Positions 56,707-64,000 of a stretch of DNA of 64,000 nt are shown here, piece by piece. The DNA comes from Verrucomicrobiota bacterium (GTDB taxonomy: Bacteria; Verrucomicrobiota; Verrucomicrobiia; Chthoniobacterales; UBA10450). Within the stretch, counting starts at the first letter, position 1, and the number at the start of each line of letters is the position of its first letter. The stretch spans positions 647 to 64,646 of the forward strand of contig QHRD01000002.1 of NCBI GenBank assembly GCA_003220005.1. The letters are read 5' to 3'. A program made the position numbers and the translations under genes. The notes beneath the pieces were generated by a model. That model was not told the origin of the DNA, made no database searches, and saw only the letters and a list, made by a program, of their open reading frames with translations.

Positions 56707-56969
56707 TCTATCTCGCCTCCTTTCATAGCAAGTTGCTCCGGTCTGTTTAGTTAGGGAATCAGGGGGACGCAATGCTTTTCTGAAGTTTTTTTTATCGATC
56801 ACAAAATGGGGGTGCCGGCCTTATTTGGCATAACCGGTCGTCCTCCGCGCCTGTGATCACTACTTCCCTCTTTTGCTGCGCACCACCTCCCAATCCCAAG
56901 GCAGTTAGACTGTTGACCAATCAGTGAGCGCATTTGTACCACGCAAGGGACGCGTAGTCCTTTTGCGCG

Positions 56970-56996
56970 TTGAATCATCTGTCATTTTGGTATAAT
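56970..56996 (+). promoter_or_regulatory. putative sigma-70 promoter with extended -10
   Basis: TTGAAT is followed by a 15-nt spacer ending in TGg and then TATAAT (56991-56996), upstream of the 57026 gene. Confidence 0.35.
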
Positions 56997-57025
56997 TGGC
57001 CCTTAGCCTTTGCCAACTTGCTAAC

Positions 57026-57643
57026 GTGATTCGAACGGTTGTTTTCATCATTGCATTTAGCCTTTGCATAAATGCGGTTTGGGCGATAGACGAAAGATCA
57101 ATCAAGAAGTTGCGCGACGCGCTCGTGGCGCTCGCCCCAGACGTAGATCCAAACGAGGCCGAGCTGGTCTCGGTGACGGCGCACACCAGCTCGCGCAGCC
57201 TTGCGCGCGAATATCGCGTCGTCTGGTTCTCAGGGTTTCAGAACTTACTGATCCACATGGGCAAGCGACAACGCGGCATTTGCGGTGATTATACGCGTGA
57301 TATCGGCGAACGCCTGAAAGAGCTCAGGCTCAAGACGCTGGTGCTTCACTGGGGTGCTGCTTATGCAGGAACCCCGGCCGAGAACAATTCTCTGGTAGTC
57401 ACCGCACACAATCAGCCTTTTGAGGAGGGCATCATCATGGATGGCTGGCGTGATTCCGGCCGATTATTCTGGTGTCCACTCAAAAAGGACACAGCCTATC
57501 GTAGGGTTCCGAACCCATTTTTGCAAAGATCCGCCGACAGCAGGGCCCTCGACAACAGCTCGGCATGGAAAGAAGACCCGCTCTACACCGCTTGGTTGCA
57601 GGACTACAAACACAAATGGCAATGGCAACCGGCAGTGCGATAA
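57026..57643 (+). CDS. secreted hypothetical protein
   Basis: The ORF spans 56996..57643. The GTG at 57026 gives the signal-like N-terminus VIRTVVFIIAFSLCINAVWA. I recognised no family. Confidence 0.55.
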   Translation: MIRTVVFIIAFSLCINAVWAIDERSIKKLRDALVALAPDVDPNEAELVSVTAHTSSRSLAREYRVVWFSGFQNLLIHMGKRQRGICGDYTRDIGERLKELRLKTLVLHWGAAYAGTPAENNSLVVTAHNQPFEEGIIMDGWRDSGRLFWCPLKKDTAYRRVPNPFLQRSADSRALDNSSAWKEDPLYTAWLQDYKHKWQWQPAVR

Positions 57644-57814
57644 CTTGTTAGCCACGCTACCACTCTTTGAAAGCGTGCAGGAATCGTCGATGAAATCCGC
57701 GAAATCGACACAGCGGCCCGGTACTCAATTCGCAATCCAGCAGATCCTGAGCGCGGGCGGGGCTTTGTCGCCACGGACAACCAAATGGTAACGGTGGATC
57801 GCTTACCTAGCGTA

Positions 57815-57862
57815 GCCACTGGATTTTGAGTCCAGCGCGTCTGCCAGTTCCGCGACGTCGCC
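57815..57862 (-). pseudogene. 5' half of a tRNA-Leu(CAA)-like gene (acceptor 5' strand through anticodon arm only)
   Basis: These 48 nt match 56260..56307 with 4 mismatches, and the first 32 nt are identical. The sequence beyond the anticodon arm has no T arm or acceptor 3' strand. Confidence 0.75.
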
Positions 57863-58163
57863 TTTTTCGAAAGAATGGAACGGTACGGGCTCTGCGCAGA
57901 AGCTCAAGTTGCGTGCAATCTGTTTGGCTGCACTACGGAAATCGTCGCGACAATCTCAGCGAAGTCGGATGGAGTTGGGGTTGCGTGTCAGCGGTGGATC
58001 GCGAAGGTCGGACAACTGGATTGGAGACGCGCATCTGCGCGGCGACGAAAAGCGTTTCGTTGTGCGCGCGGATGAAAAGCTGACTGCGTTTCTGGAACTT
58101 GAAGCCGCGCTCGCGGCAATTGGGGGCTCGACAACCGGGTGACATTTTCTGAAAACTTCGTTT

Positions 58164-59552
58164 ATGAAAACAACGATTCGTTCATTACTCGCGTTTTTCT
58201 GGCTCTTGGCTGTCGAACCAAAAGGCCAGGCCGTCAATCCGCCGCCGGACGGGTGCTATTCCGGGTTCACGACAGCGGAAGGATGCAATGCGCTTTTTAA
58301 CGTTACGACCGGCGCCGGAAACACAGGAGTTGGCTGGTATTCGCTTTATTCAGTCGGCAGCACCAACTACAACACCGGTGTTGGCGCTGGAACCCTGGTG
58401 CTCAACACGGCTGATTCCAATACCGCTGTTGGCACTGCAGCGTTATTGCTCAACACGAGCGGCGAGGACAATACGGCCGTGGGAACTAACGCGCTGGAGT
58501 TTAACGGGCTCGGCAGCGAAAACACGGCACTTGGCACTGAGGCGCTCGAGTTCAACACGGATGGCAATCCAAATACCGCCGTTGGTTATGCTGCGCTAAA
58601 GGGTAACCTTATCGCCGGCGGCAACACGGCCGTGGGTTATGACGCGCTCTTGTTTAATGACACGACCGCCGCCGGCTTCCCATTTGGCTGGTACAACAAT
58701 GCTGTCGGCGCCGGTGCGCTCATTAGTAACGTCGAGGGATACAGCAACAACGCTTTTGGCAACGACGCGCTTTTCTTTAACGAAAACGGCGTTGCAAATA
58801 CCGCCATGGGTTATTACACGCTTTGGAATAATGACTCGGATGGACTCGGTTTGAGCAATGGCAACACGGCAGTGGGCGCTATCGCACTCTTCAATAACGT
58901 TGATGGCAGCGATAACACCGCCGTTGGCGATTCTACAGGACAAAACGTAATCAGTGGCTTCAATAACACGTACATCGGCGACTTCGTTGGTTCTCTCGCC
59001 GCCGACGAAAGCAATACGATTCGCGTCGGCGACTTTTCAAATGGGAACGGGGCGGGGTCGTTAGAATGCTACATTGGTGGTATTTGGAATAACTTCCAGC
59101 CACGTTCACTTGGCCCCAACGTTGTTGTAGTTACTTTGGACCTTAATACCGACCATCTTGGCTGGGATGTTGTCGTTGCGCCGAACGACCAGGGTAGTCA
59201 GTCGCCCGCACAGGTGCCCCAACGCGCCGCACCTGCGCCTCGTACCATACCTGTACCTCGCGAACGCCCCGAGCTTCAGCACCAAGCCATGCTCAATGGC
59301 AAAGTCGAGAGACTCGAAGCAACGGTTGCGCAGCAACAGAAACAAATAGAGACTCTCATAGTCCAACTCAGAGAGCAGGCAGAGACTTTTACACGCCAGT
59401 TCAAGGAGCAGGCCACCCAAAATCCAAAGAGTGAGTGCCCTGTCCGAAGTGAGCAAGCCCGCGCCGCAAGTAGCCAACAACCCCTAAAGCCGCGCCCGCC
59501 ACAAACAAAGCAATTAGCATCCGCGATTGCAATAGCGGCATTGCAATTTTGA
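58164..59552 (+). CDS. secreted beta-helical repeat protein (NTAVG-type head repeats, tail-fibre/adhesin-like), probably degraded at the C-terminus
   Basis: It has a signal peptide, the segment PPPDGCYSGFTTAEGCNALFNVTTGAGNTGVGW, about 15 copies of an NTA[VL]G..AL..N repeat, and a coiled-coil tail. The expected C-terminal motif lies in the +1 frame. Confidence 0.65.
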   Translation: MKTTIRSLLAFFWLLAVEPKGQAVNPPPDGCYSGFTTAEGCNALFNVTTGAGNTGVGWYSLYSVGSTNYNTGVGAGTLVLNTADSNTAVGTAALLLNTSGEDNTAVGTNALEFNGLGSENTALGTEALEFNTDGNPNTAVGYAALKGNLIAGGNTAVGYDALLFNDTTAAGFPFGWYNNAVGAGALISNVEGYSNNAFGNDALFFNENGVANTAMGYYTLWNNDSDGLGLSNGNTAVGAIALFNNVDGSDNTAVGDSTGQNVISGFNNTYIGDFVGSLAADESNTIRVGDFSNGNGAGSLECYIGGIWNNFQPRSLGPNVVVVTLDLNTDHLGWDVVVAPNDQGSQSPAQVPQRAAPAPRTIPVPRERPELQHQAMLNGKVERLEATVAQQQKQIETLIVQLREQAETFTRQFKEQATQNPKSECPVRSEQARAASSQQPLKPRPPQTKQLASAIAIAALQF

Positions 59553-59660
59553 GGGACTGCTAACGCCTCATCAAGCGGTTTAACCTCCCCGCTGAATAGG
59601 GGCTTCGGGTTTAATGCTGCGTTCCGCGTAACTTCGCGCCGGATTTTACGCACTACCTCA

Positions 59661-59709
59661 GGTGAACGGCCAGAAATGGGTTCTCAATGACGCGAGATCG
59701 CGGAAGGCC
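59661..59709. repeat. direct repeat copy 1 (about 48 nt)
   Basis: ggtgaacggccagaaatgggttctcaatgacgcgagatcgcggaaggcc. Confidence 0.6.
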
Positions 59710-59960
59710 AAGAGAATGAATTGCACTCGCGACGGCCGCAGTCCCATCGTGCCACCGCTGACCGGATGGCAGCGCTTCGGAGATCAGTCCACGCCGCGAT
59801 GCCCTTTGCGCGGCCTTGCATCGTAAATGCATGGCGCCCAACGACGTGAAATGATTCAATCGTTTTCGCAGGTGTAACACCGCTCCGAATGCGGCAGACG
59901 GGTCCGCGGTCTCCCGTAAAACTTTTTTGCCATGCCGGCCAAAATTTTCCGAAGGAACAA

Positions 59961-60008
59961 GGTAAAAGGCCAGAAATGACTTCTCAATGACGAGATGTCA
60001 CGGAAGCC
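59961..60008. repeat. direct repeat copy 2 (about 48 nt), starting exactly 300 nt after copy 1
   Basis: ggtaaaaggccagaaatgacttctcaatgacgagatgtcacggaagcc. Confidence 0.6.
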
Positions 60009-60492
60009 GAAAAAGTGAAAGGAAACTGAATCACATGAAAACAAAAATCATCAGCAACATCCTTTCAGTGAAACAAGCGTTTCATCGATTGCGGCAATAC
60101 ATTCGTTGGATGCGGTCTGGTATCAAATGCTGACCGGCGCATCATGTGATCGACTGCGACCTCTGTGGGAAACAAAGAAGATTCTATGAAAGACCAAGAC
60201 AGCGCAAACATAGTCATAACGTTTCTGCTCCTTCTTCCATGGCTCGGGCGCATCGCAGTCTCGGCACTGGCGATATGGCGAGCACGCACGGAATCCCAAG
60301 CCAGGAAAGCAAAATAAATCGCGCATAGCTCCGATTGCTGTGGCGACGGCATCTGGCTCCGCATAACAACCCATCAGGAGGCAGGAAGGGTTGTTGAGAA
60401 CTCGGCCTTGGCGAATTTACGTGACGACGGGCAGCGCGATGTTTCCGCCTGAGTATTCCAATGAAAGCTATGGTGCGCGGCCCTGGCGAACT

Positions 60493-60816
60493 CTACGGAC
60501 GCGGTGGTGGCGTCGGCCGGTGCCTTTCTATGAAATAGCGAAAGTCACAGGTGAATTCGAGCACCGGCCTGCCGCCGCAGTTAAAAGCGCCAGCGAGAAT
60601 ACGCATCGTCTGCAAACCCCGCGTGGTGACTGGTGACGTGGTGTAGTGGAAGGTGATCATGGTGTTGCCGTTGCTCAACGTGAACGAGTCCGCCGGAGTC
60701 CCGTTCACTGTGAAATCGCTTGCTTGTACAGTTACCGCATCGATGGGTTCGCTTACGCTAATAACAAAGGTAGTGGGCGCGGTGAATACGCAGCCGCCGC
60801 AGCCTGCGCTACTCAC
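60493..60816 (-). pseudogene. isolated bacterial Ig-like domain fragment of a larger surface protein
   Basis: PIDAVTVQASDFTVNGTPADSFTLSNGNTMITFHYTTSPVTTRGLQTMRILAGAFN is followed by the linker RPTPPPRP. It has no signal peptide or flanking domains. Confidence 0.4.
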
Positions 60817-61069
60817 CGAACAAGAGACGGATGTCTGCGTGGGCGTACTGCGCCGGATGACTTCTATCGAAGAACGTATCCTTCTGGGAGATCCCGCTGA
60901 TTGTCACCTGCCCATCCACCCATGCATGCAGGTGCTGATGGGACATCGCGACGACGGAAAGCGTTTCGTTGTGCATGTGGACGAATTGCTGACGGCGTTT
61001 CGGCAACCGGAAGCGGCGATTCGAGCGCCTACTATTAGACTTCGCACGATTCCTGAGTACAAAGGGATC

Positions 61070-61465
61070 ATGCATATCGAATCACAGTTTATTCTAACGA
61101 TCGCCGCGCTTGCAATTGCGAGCGGGCTTCCAAGCAAAGTCAGCGCGGACGAACTAAAAGAAGCCAAGGTGACTCAGGTCATCCAAGACGTTCGCGTGCT
61201 CCCGTCGAACGCTTCACCGCGTCCGGCTGCCGTGAACGATGATGTTCGCCAGGGCACCGCCGTGCGAACAGGTGTCCAGTCCCGCAGTGAGTTGACTTTC
61301 AAAGATCAAACCATGATACGCCTTGGCGAGAAAGCTGTTTTCAATGTGGGGGAAGGCGCGCGAGCCATTGATCTTGGCAGCGGCCAATTTTTGCTCTACG
61401 TGCCGAAAAAAGCGGGTGGGGCGAAAGTTAAGACCGGGCCCGTCACGGCGGCGATCACGGGTTAA
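61070..61465 (+). pseudogene. FecR-domain protein, truncated
   Basis: It has a signal/anchor and then a FecR-like segment VRVLPSNASPRPAAVNDDVRQGTAVRTGVQSRSELTFKDQTMIRLGEKAVFNV. It ends abruptly at ..VTAAITG*, where FecR domains normally continue. Confidence 0.5.
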
Positions 61466-61887
61466 ATAAATTTCCGCTGATCCCTGCTTGTCCGGTATTC
61501 CCAAGTACGTTCATCGCAATTATGCGCGGGTGAAGTATGGGAAACCATCGCTGACAGTTTCAGCAAACCGGATAGAGCCTGGGCTGGGCATCACCACTGG
61601 AGTTGGGAGGCGGGATGCCCCCCTTCTCAGTCTTTTTAGCGCAGTCTTCCTGCGATCTCAGCTGCCCCGGGTAACGTCGGCCATCAGGGTGGATGTGTTG
61701 GCTGGGCCGTGAAAGGCGTCCACGGGTCATTCGGTTTGGAGCGTGCTTTGATTGGATCGCCCCCCTTTAGTCTATGGCGTTCGTAACTGCGTTCGGCCTG
61801 TGGCCGCAGCCGATCGAAGGCAAAACATCTCCGTCTTGCATTAAGCCAAACAATCTCTAGAAGTTTGCGTTTCAGTCGCCGGCCGCA

Positions 61888-63393
61888 ATGCTTTTCAATT
61901 CACTCACATTCATTGTCTTCTTCGCGATTGTCGTCACGCTCTATTGGGGCCTTCATGGCTGGGAGCTGAGAAAAAATCTGCTGGTCGTAGCGAGCTATAT
62001 TTTTTACGGCGCCTGGAACCCGCCATTTGCCGCGCTGCTCTTTTCGACAACCTGCATGGATTTCTGGCTCGGCCGCCAGATTGCCAGGGCGCAAGGTTCG
62101 CATCGGAAGCGCAGGTGGCTCGTTGCCAGCGTTTGCATGAACCTGAGCATGCTGGGTTTTTTCAAATATGGAAATTTTCTGCTACAAAATTTCCAATGGT
62201 TACTGGCGCGCATTGGAATTGTTTACCAACCGCCGCATCTCGACATTTTATTGCCGGTCGGCATTTCATTTTACACGTTCCATTCGCTTTCTTATACGCT
62301 CGATATTTATCGCGGCGTGCTTCAGCCGACGCGGTCTCTGCGCGATTTCGTGCTGGCGGTTTCGTTTTTCCCACAACTCGTTGCCGGACCGATTGTGCGC
62401 GCCGGCGATTTTTTGCCGCAGCTCAGGCACCCTCCGCGACTGAAAGAAAATCAGTTCTTTTGGGGCCTGGCGCTCATGACGCTGGGTTTGTTTGAAAAAA
62501 TTGTGCTGGCCGACACGTTGCTGTCTGGCTCGGCCGACCGCGTGTTTAATTATGCCGGGCCGCTGGTCGCGCTCGATTCCTGGGCGGGCGTACTCGCGTT
62601 TGCAGGACAAATCTTTTTCGATTTTGCCGGCTATTCTCTCTGCGCAATCGGCGCTGCTTTGACCCTCGGTTTCCATCTCAAAGACAATTTTCGTTTTCCC
62701 TATGCCGCGATCGGCTTCTCGGATTTTTGGCGACGGTGGCACATTTCGCTTTCAACTTTTCTTCGGGATTACCTTTACATTCCGCTCGGTGGCAATCAGG
62801 TCAGACCATTTCGCGCGGCGCTTAATCTTGTCATCGTCATGTTTCTCGGTGGCCTTTGGCACGGCGCCGCATGGACCTTTGTTGTCTGGGGTTTATTGCA
62901 CGGTTCGTATTTGGTTATCGAGCGGGTCTTTCGCGTTTTGTTCGAAGCCAAACAGTGGGCGAGCACGTTGCCGGTCCGCGTCATTGCCGGTTTCGCCACT
63001 TATGCGGCGGTTTGTATTGCGTGGGTATTTTTCCGTGCGCCTGATTTCACGGTCGCGAGCAGAATGCTGGGCGGCATGTTCGGCCAGCATGCACAGGACG
63101 ACGCGATTCTTACCACCCGTGAATTATTGCAAATTGGAAGCGTGACTGCCGCTCTGATCGCGATGCATTGGGGGATGCGCGATAACACGTTTGAGACCGC
63201 GGTAATGCGTTTGCCGCACTGGGCAATCACTGCGATCGGCTCCGCGATGGCGTGCGCGGTCATTTTCACTCAAGGAAACAGTAATGCGTTCATCTATTTC
63301 CAATTTCAAGGAACGGCTCCGGCTACCGCGCTTGTTTTTCCGCAAACCTTCGCGGGAGGAACAGATTCATGGCGGTCCGCCTCTGGAATTTGA
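61888..63393 (+). CDS. MBOAT-family membrane-bound O-acyltransferase (AlgI/DltB-like)
   Basis: It reads MLFNSLTFIVFF.., has the catalytic-His region FWRRWHISLSTFLRDYLYIPLGGN, and is polytopic. Confidence 0.9.
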   Translation: MLFNSLTFIVFFAIVVTLYWGLHGWELRKNLLVVASYIFYGAWNPPFAALLFSTTCMDFWLGRQIARAQGSHRKRRWLVASVCMNLSMLGFFKYGNFLLQNFQWLLARIGIVYQPPHLDILLPVGISFYTFHSLSYTLDIYRGVLQPTRSLRDFVLAVSFFPQLVAGPIVRAGDFLPQLRHPPRLKENQFFWGLALMTLGLFEKIVLADTLLSGSADRVFNYAGPLVALDSWAGVLAFAGQIFFDFAGYSLCAIGAALTLGFHLKDNFRFPYAAIGFSDFWRRWHISLSTFLRDYLYIPLGGNQVRPFRAALNLVIVMFLGGLWHGAAWTFVVWGLLHGSYLVIERVFRVLFEAKQWASTLPVRVIAGFATYAAVCIAWVFFRAPDFTVASRMLGGMFGQHAQDDAILTTRELLQIGSVTAALIAMHWGMRDNTFETAVMRLPHWAITAIGSAMACAVIFTQGNSNAFIYFQFQGTAPATALVFPQTFAGGTDSWRSASGI

Positions 63394-64000
63394 ACGCCCG
63401 ATTCCGCCTGCGCCCTGGCGCGGAATCGCCGTTGTGGTTACCATCGTTGTAATCGCCGCGACTACGGCGTGGGAGTTATACTGCCGGTCGCTTGGCTATG
63501 CCCCAACGCTCAATGATGACGAAGATCTTTGGACGCAGCGCCGCCGTATTGTTGCGCCGGAATCGATCGTCATTATTGGCGATTCACGCGCCTGGTTCGA
63601 TGTCGATCTGGATGAATTCCAAAAGGGTTTGGGCAAACGACCGATCCAACTTGCCATGGCTGGCTCGACTGTTTGGCCTGCGCTGGCCGATCTGGCGGAC
63701 GACAAAAATTTCCATGGCACAATCATTTGTAGTGTCGTGCCATTTTTGTTTTTCGCGCCGCCTGGCAGTCCGCCGATGGAGCGCGCCGAAAAAGGAGTCA
63801 AGCGGTTTCACAATCAAACGCCCGCCCAGCGTGTCAGCGAATATCTCGCGATGCCGCTGGAAGAGCATGTCGCGTTTTTAAAACCGGACGATTTAAGTCT
63901 CGAAGCACTTTTAAACCAATTGCCGATTCCAAATCGCCCCGGCGCGCTCGTGCCCCCGCGTTTTCCGCCCTACTTTCAAACTGAAGATCGGGAACGTCGC
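63284..64000 (+). CDS. partial CDS (runs off the window): membrane-anchored partner of the MBOAT, possible SGNH/GDSL-like protein
   Basis: An open frame of 239 codons without a stop runs from the ATG at 63284. It is not in the ORF track because it has no stop. It has one TM segment (GIAVVVTIVVIAATTAW) and then IVIIGDSRAWFD, which resembles SGNH block I. Confidence 0.5.
   Translation, partial: MRSSISNFKERLRLPRLFFRKPSREEQIHGGPPLEFERPIPPAPWRGIAVVVTIVVIAATTAWELYCRSLGYAPTLNDDEDLWTQRRRIVAPESIVIIGDSRAWFDVDLDEFQKGLGKRPIQLAMAGSTVWPALADLADDKNFHGTIICSVVPFLFFAPPGSPPMERAEKGVKRFHNQTPAQRVSEYLAMPLEEHVAFLKPDDLSLEALLNQLPIPNRPGALVPPRFPPYFQTEDRERR

Noticed and set aside
58300-59000. A periodic DNA repeat that could be mistaken for a CRISPR or tandem-repeat array.
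   Set aside because: The periodicity is about 45 nt and imperfect, with no spacer/repeat alternation. It translates into the in-frame NTAVG..AL..N protein repeat of the 58164 gene. No cas genes are present.
56224-61800. Interpreting the tRNA-Leu-adjacent region as an integrated prophage or genomic island with defence cargo.
   Set aside because: No integrase, recombinase, transposase, phage structural gene or known defence gene is recognisable. The duplicated tRNA segment is the 5' half rather than the 3' att-type repeat. I kept it only as a decayed-region observation.

Overview
This is a chromosomal, mostly housekeeping window from a moderately GC-rich diderm bacterium. Gene content suggests a PVC/Verrucomicrobiota-like soil organism, with low confidence: TTRWS-type ECF sigma, orphan HprK/HPr/EI, a four-helix-bundle IVS-protein gene and word-like palindromic intergenic repeats.

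Gene order:
- 0.1-2 kb: ECF sigma and a LuxR response regulator.
- 2.4-10.2 kb: a six-gene minus-strand glycan-modification operon with 4 sulfotransferases, a methyltransferase and a fused GT2-GT4.
- 10.3-19.6 kb: rph, gmd, an L,D-transpeptidase, tatD, the yceD-rpmF-plsX-fabH block, coaD and usp.
- 19.7-25.8 kb: kdsA-lptC-lptA-lptB followed directly by hprK-ptsH-ptsI.
- 25.8-40.5 kb: speA, asnS, rpsA (split by a 1-nt homopolymer frameshift), a thioredoxin-like gene with CBS and CGL (reverse transsulfuration), aroC, a frameshifted four-helix-bundle gene cassette, gatB, glycerate kinase and a gamma-carbonic anhydrase.
- 40.7-51.6 kb: an 1118-aa GH18-like/CE4/GT2 fusion synthase, two tandem PilT-like ATPases, and a discoidin/GH-like protein plus GH26.
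- 51.7-56.3 kb: an ECF sigma/anti-sigma/PDZ operon, amt and tRNA-Leu(CAA).
- 56.3-61.8 kb: a degraded accessory-looking stretch with a tRNA half-copy, gene fragments and repeated leaders.
- 61.9-64.0 kb: an MBOAT acyltransferase with a partner gene running off the window.

I found no CRISPR array, integrase, transposase, rRNA or recognisable defence system.

The candidates I consider most unusual are:
1. The sulfotransferase-rich glycan operon.
2. Nested palindromic intergenic cassettes: MITE-like elements and word-like inverted arms, one pair enclosing the four-helix-bundle gene.
3. The decayed tRNA-Leu-adjacent region, which carries a conserved ~70-nt leader element.
4. The PilT-like pair, in which one partner has an internal deletion.

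All function calls rest on motif recognition by eye, and no database search was run.
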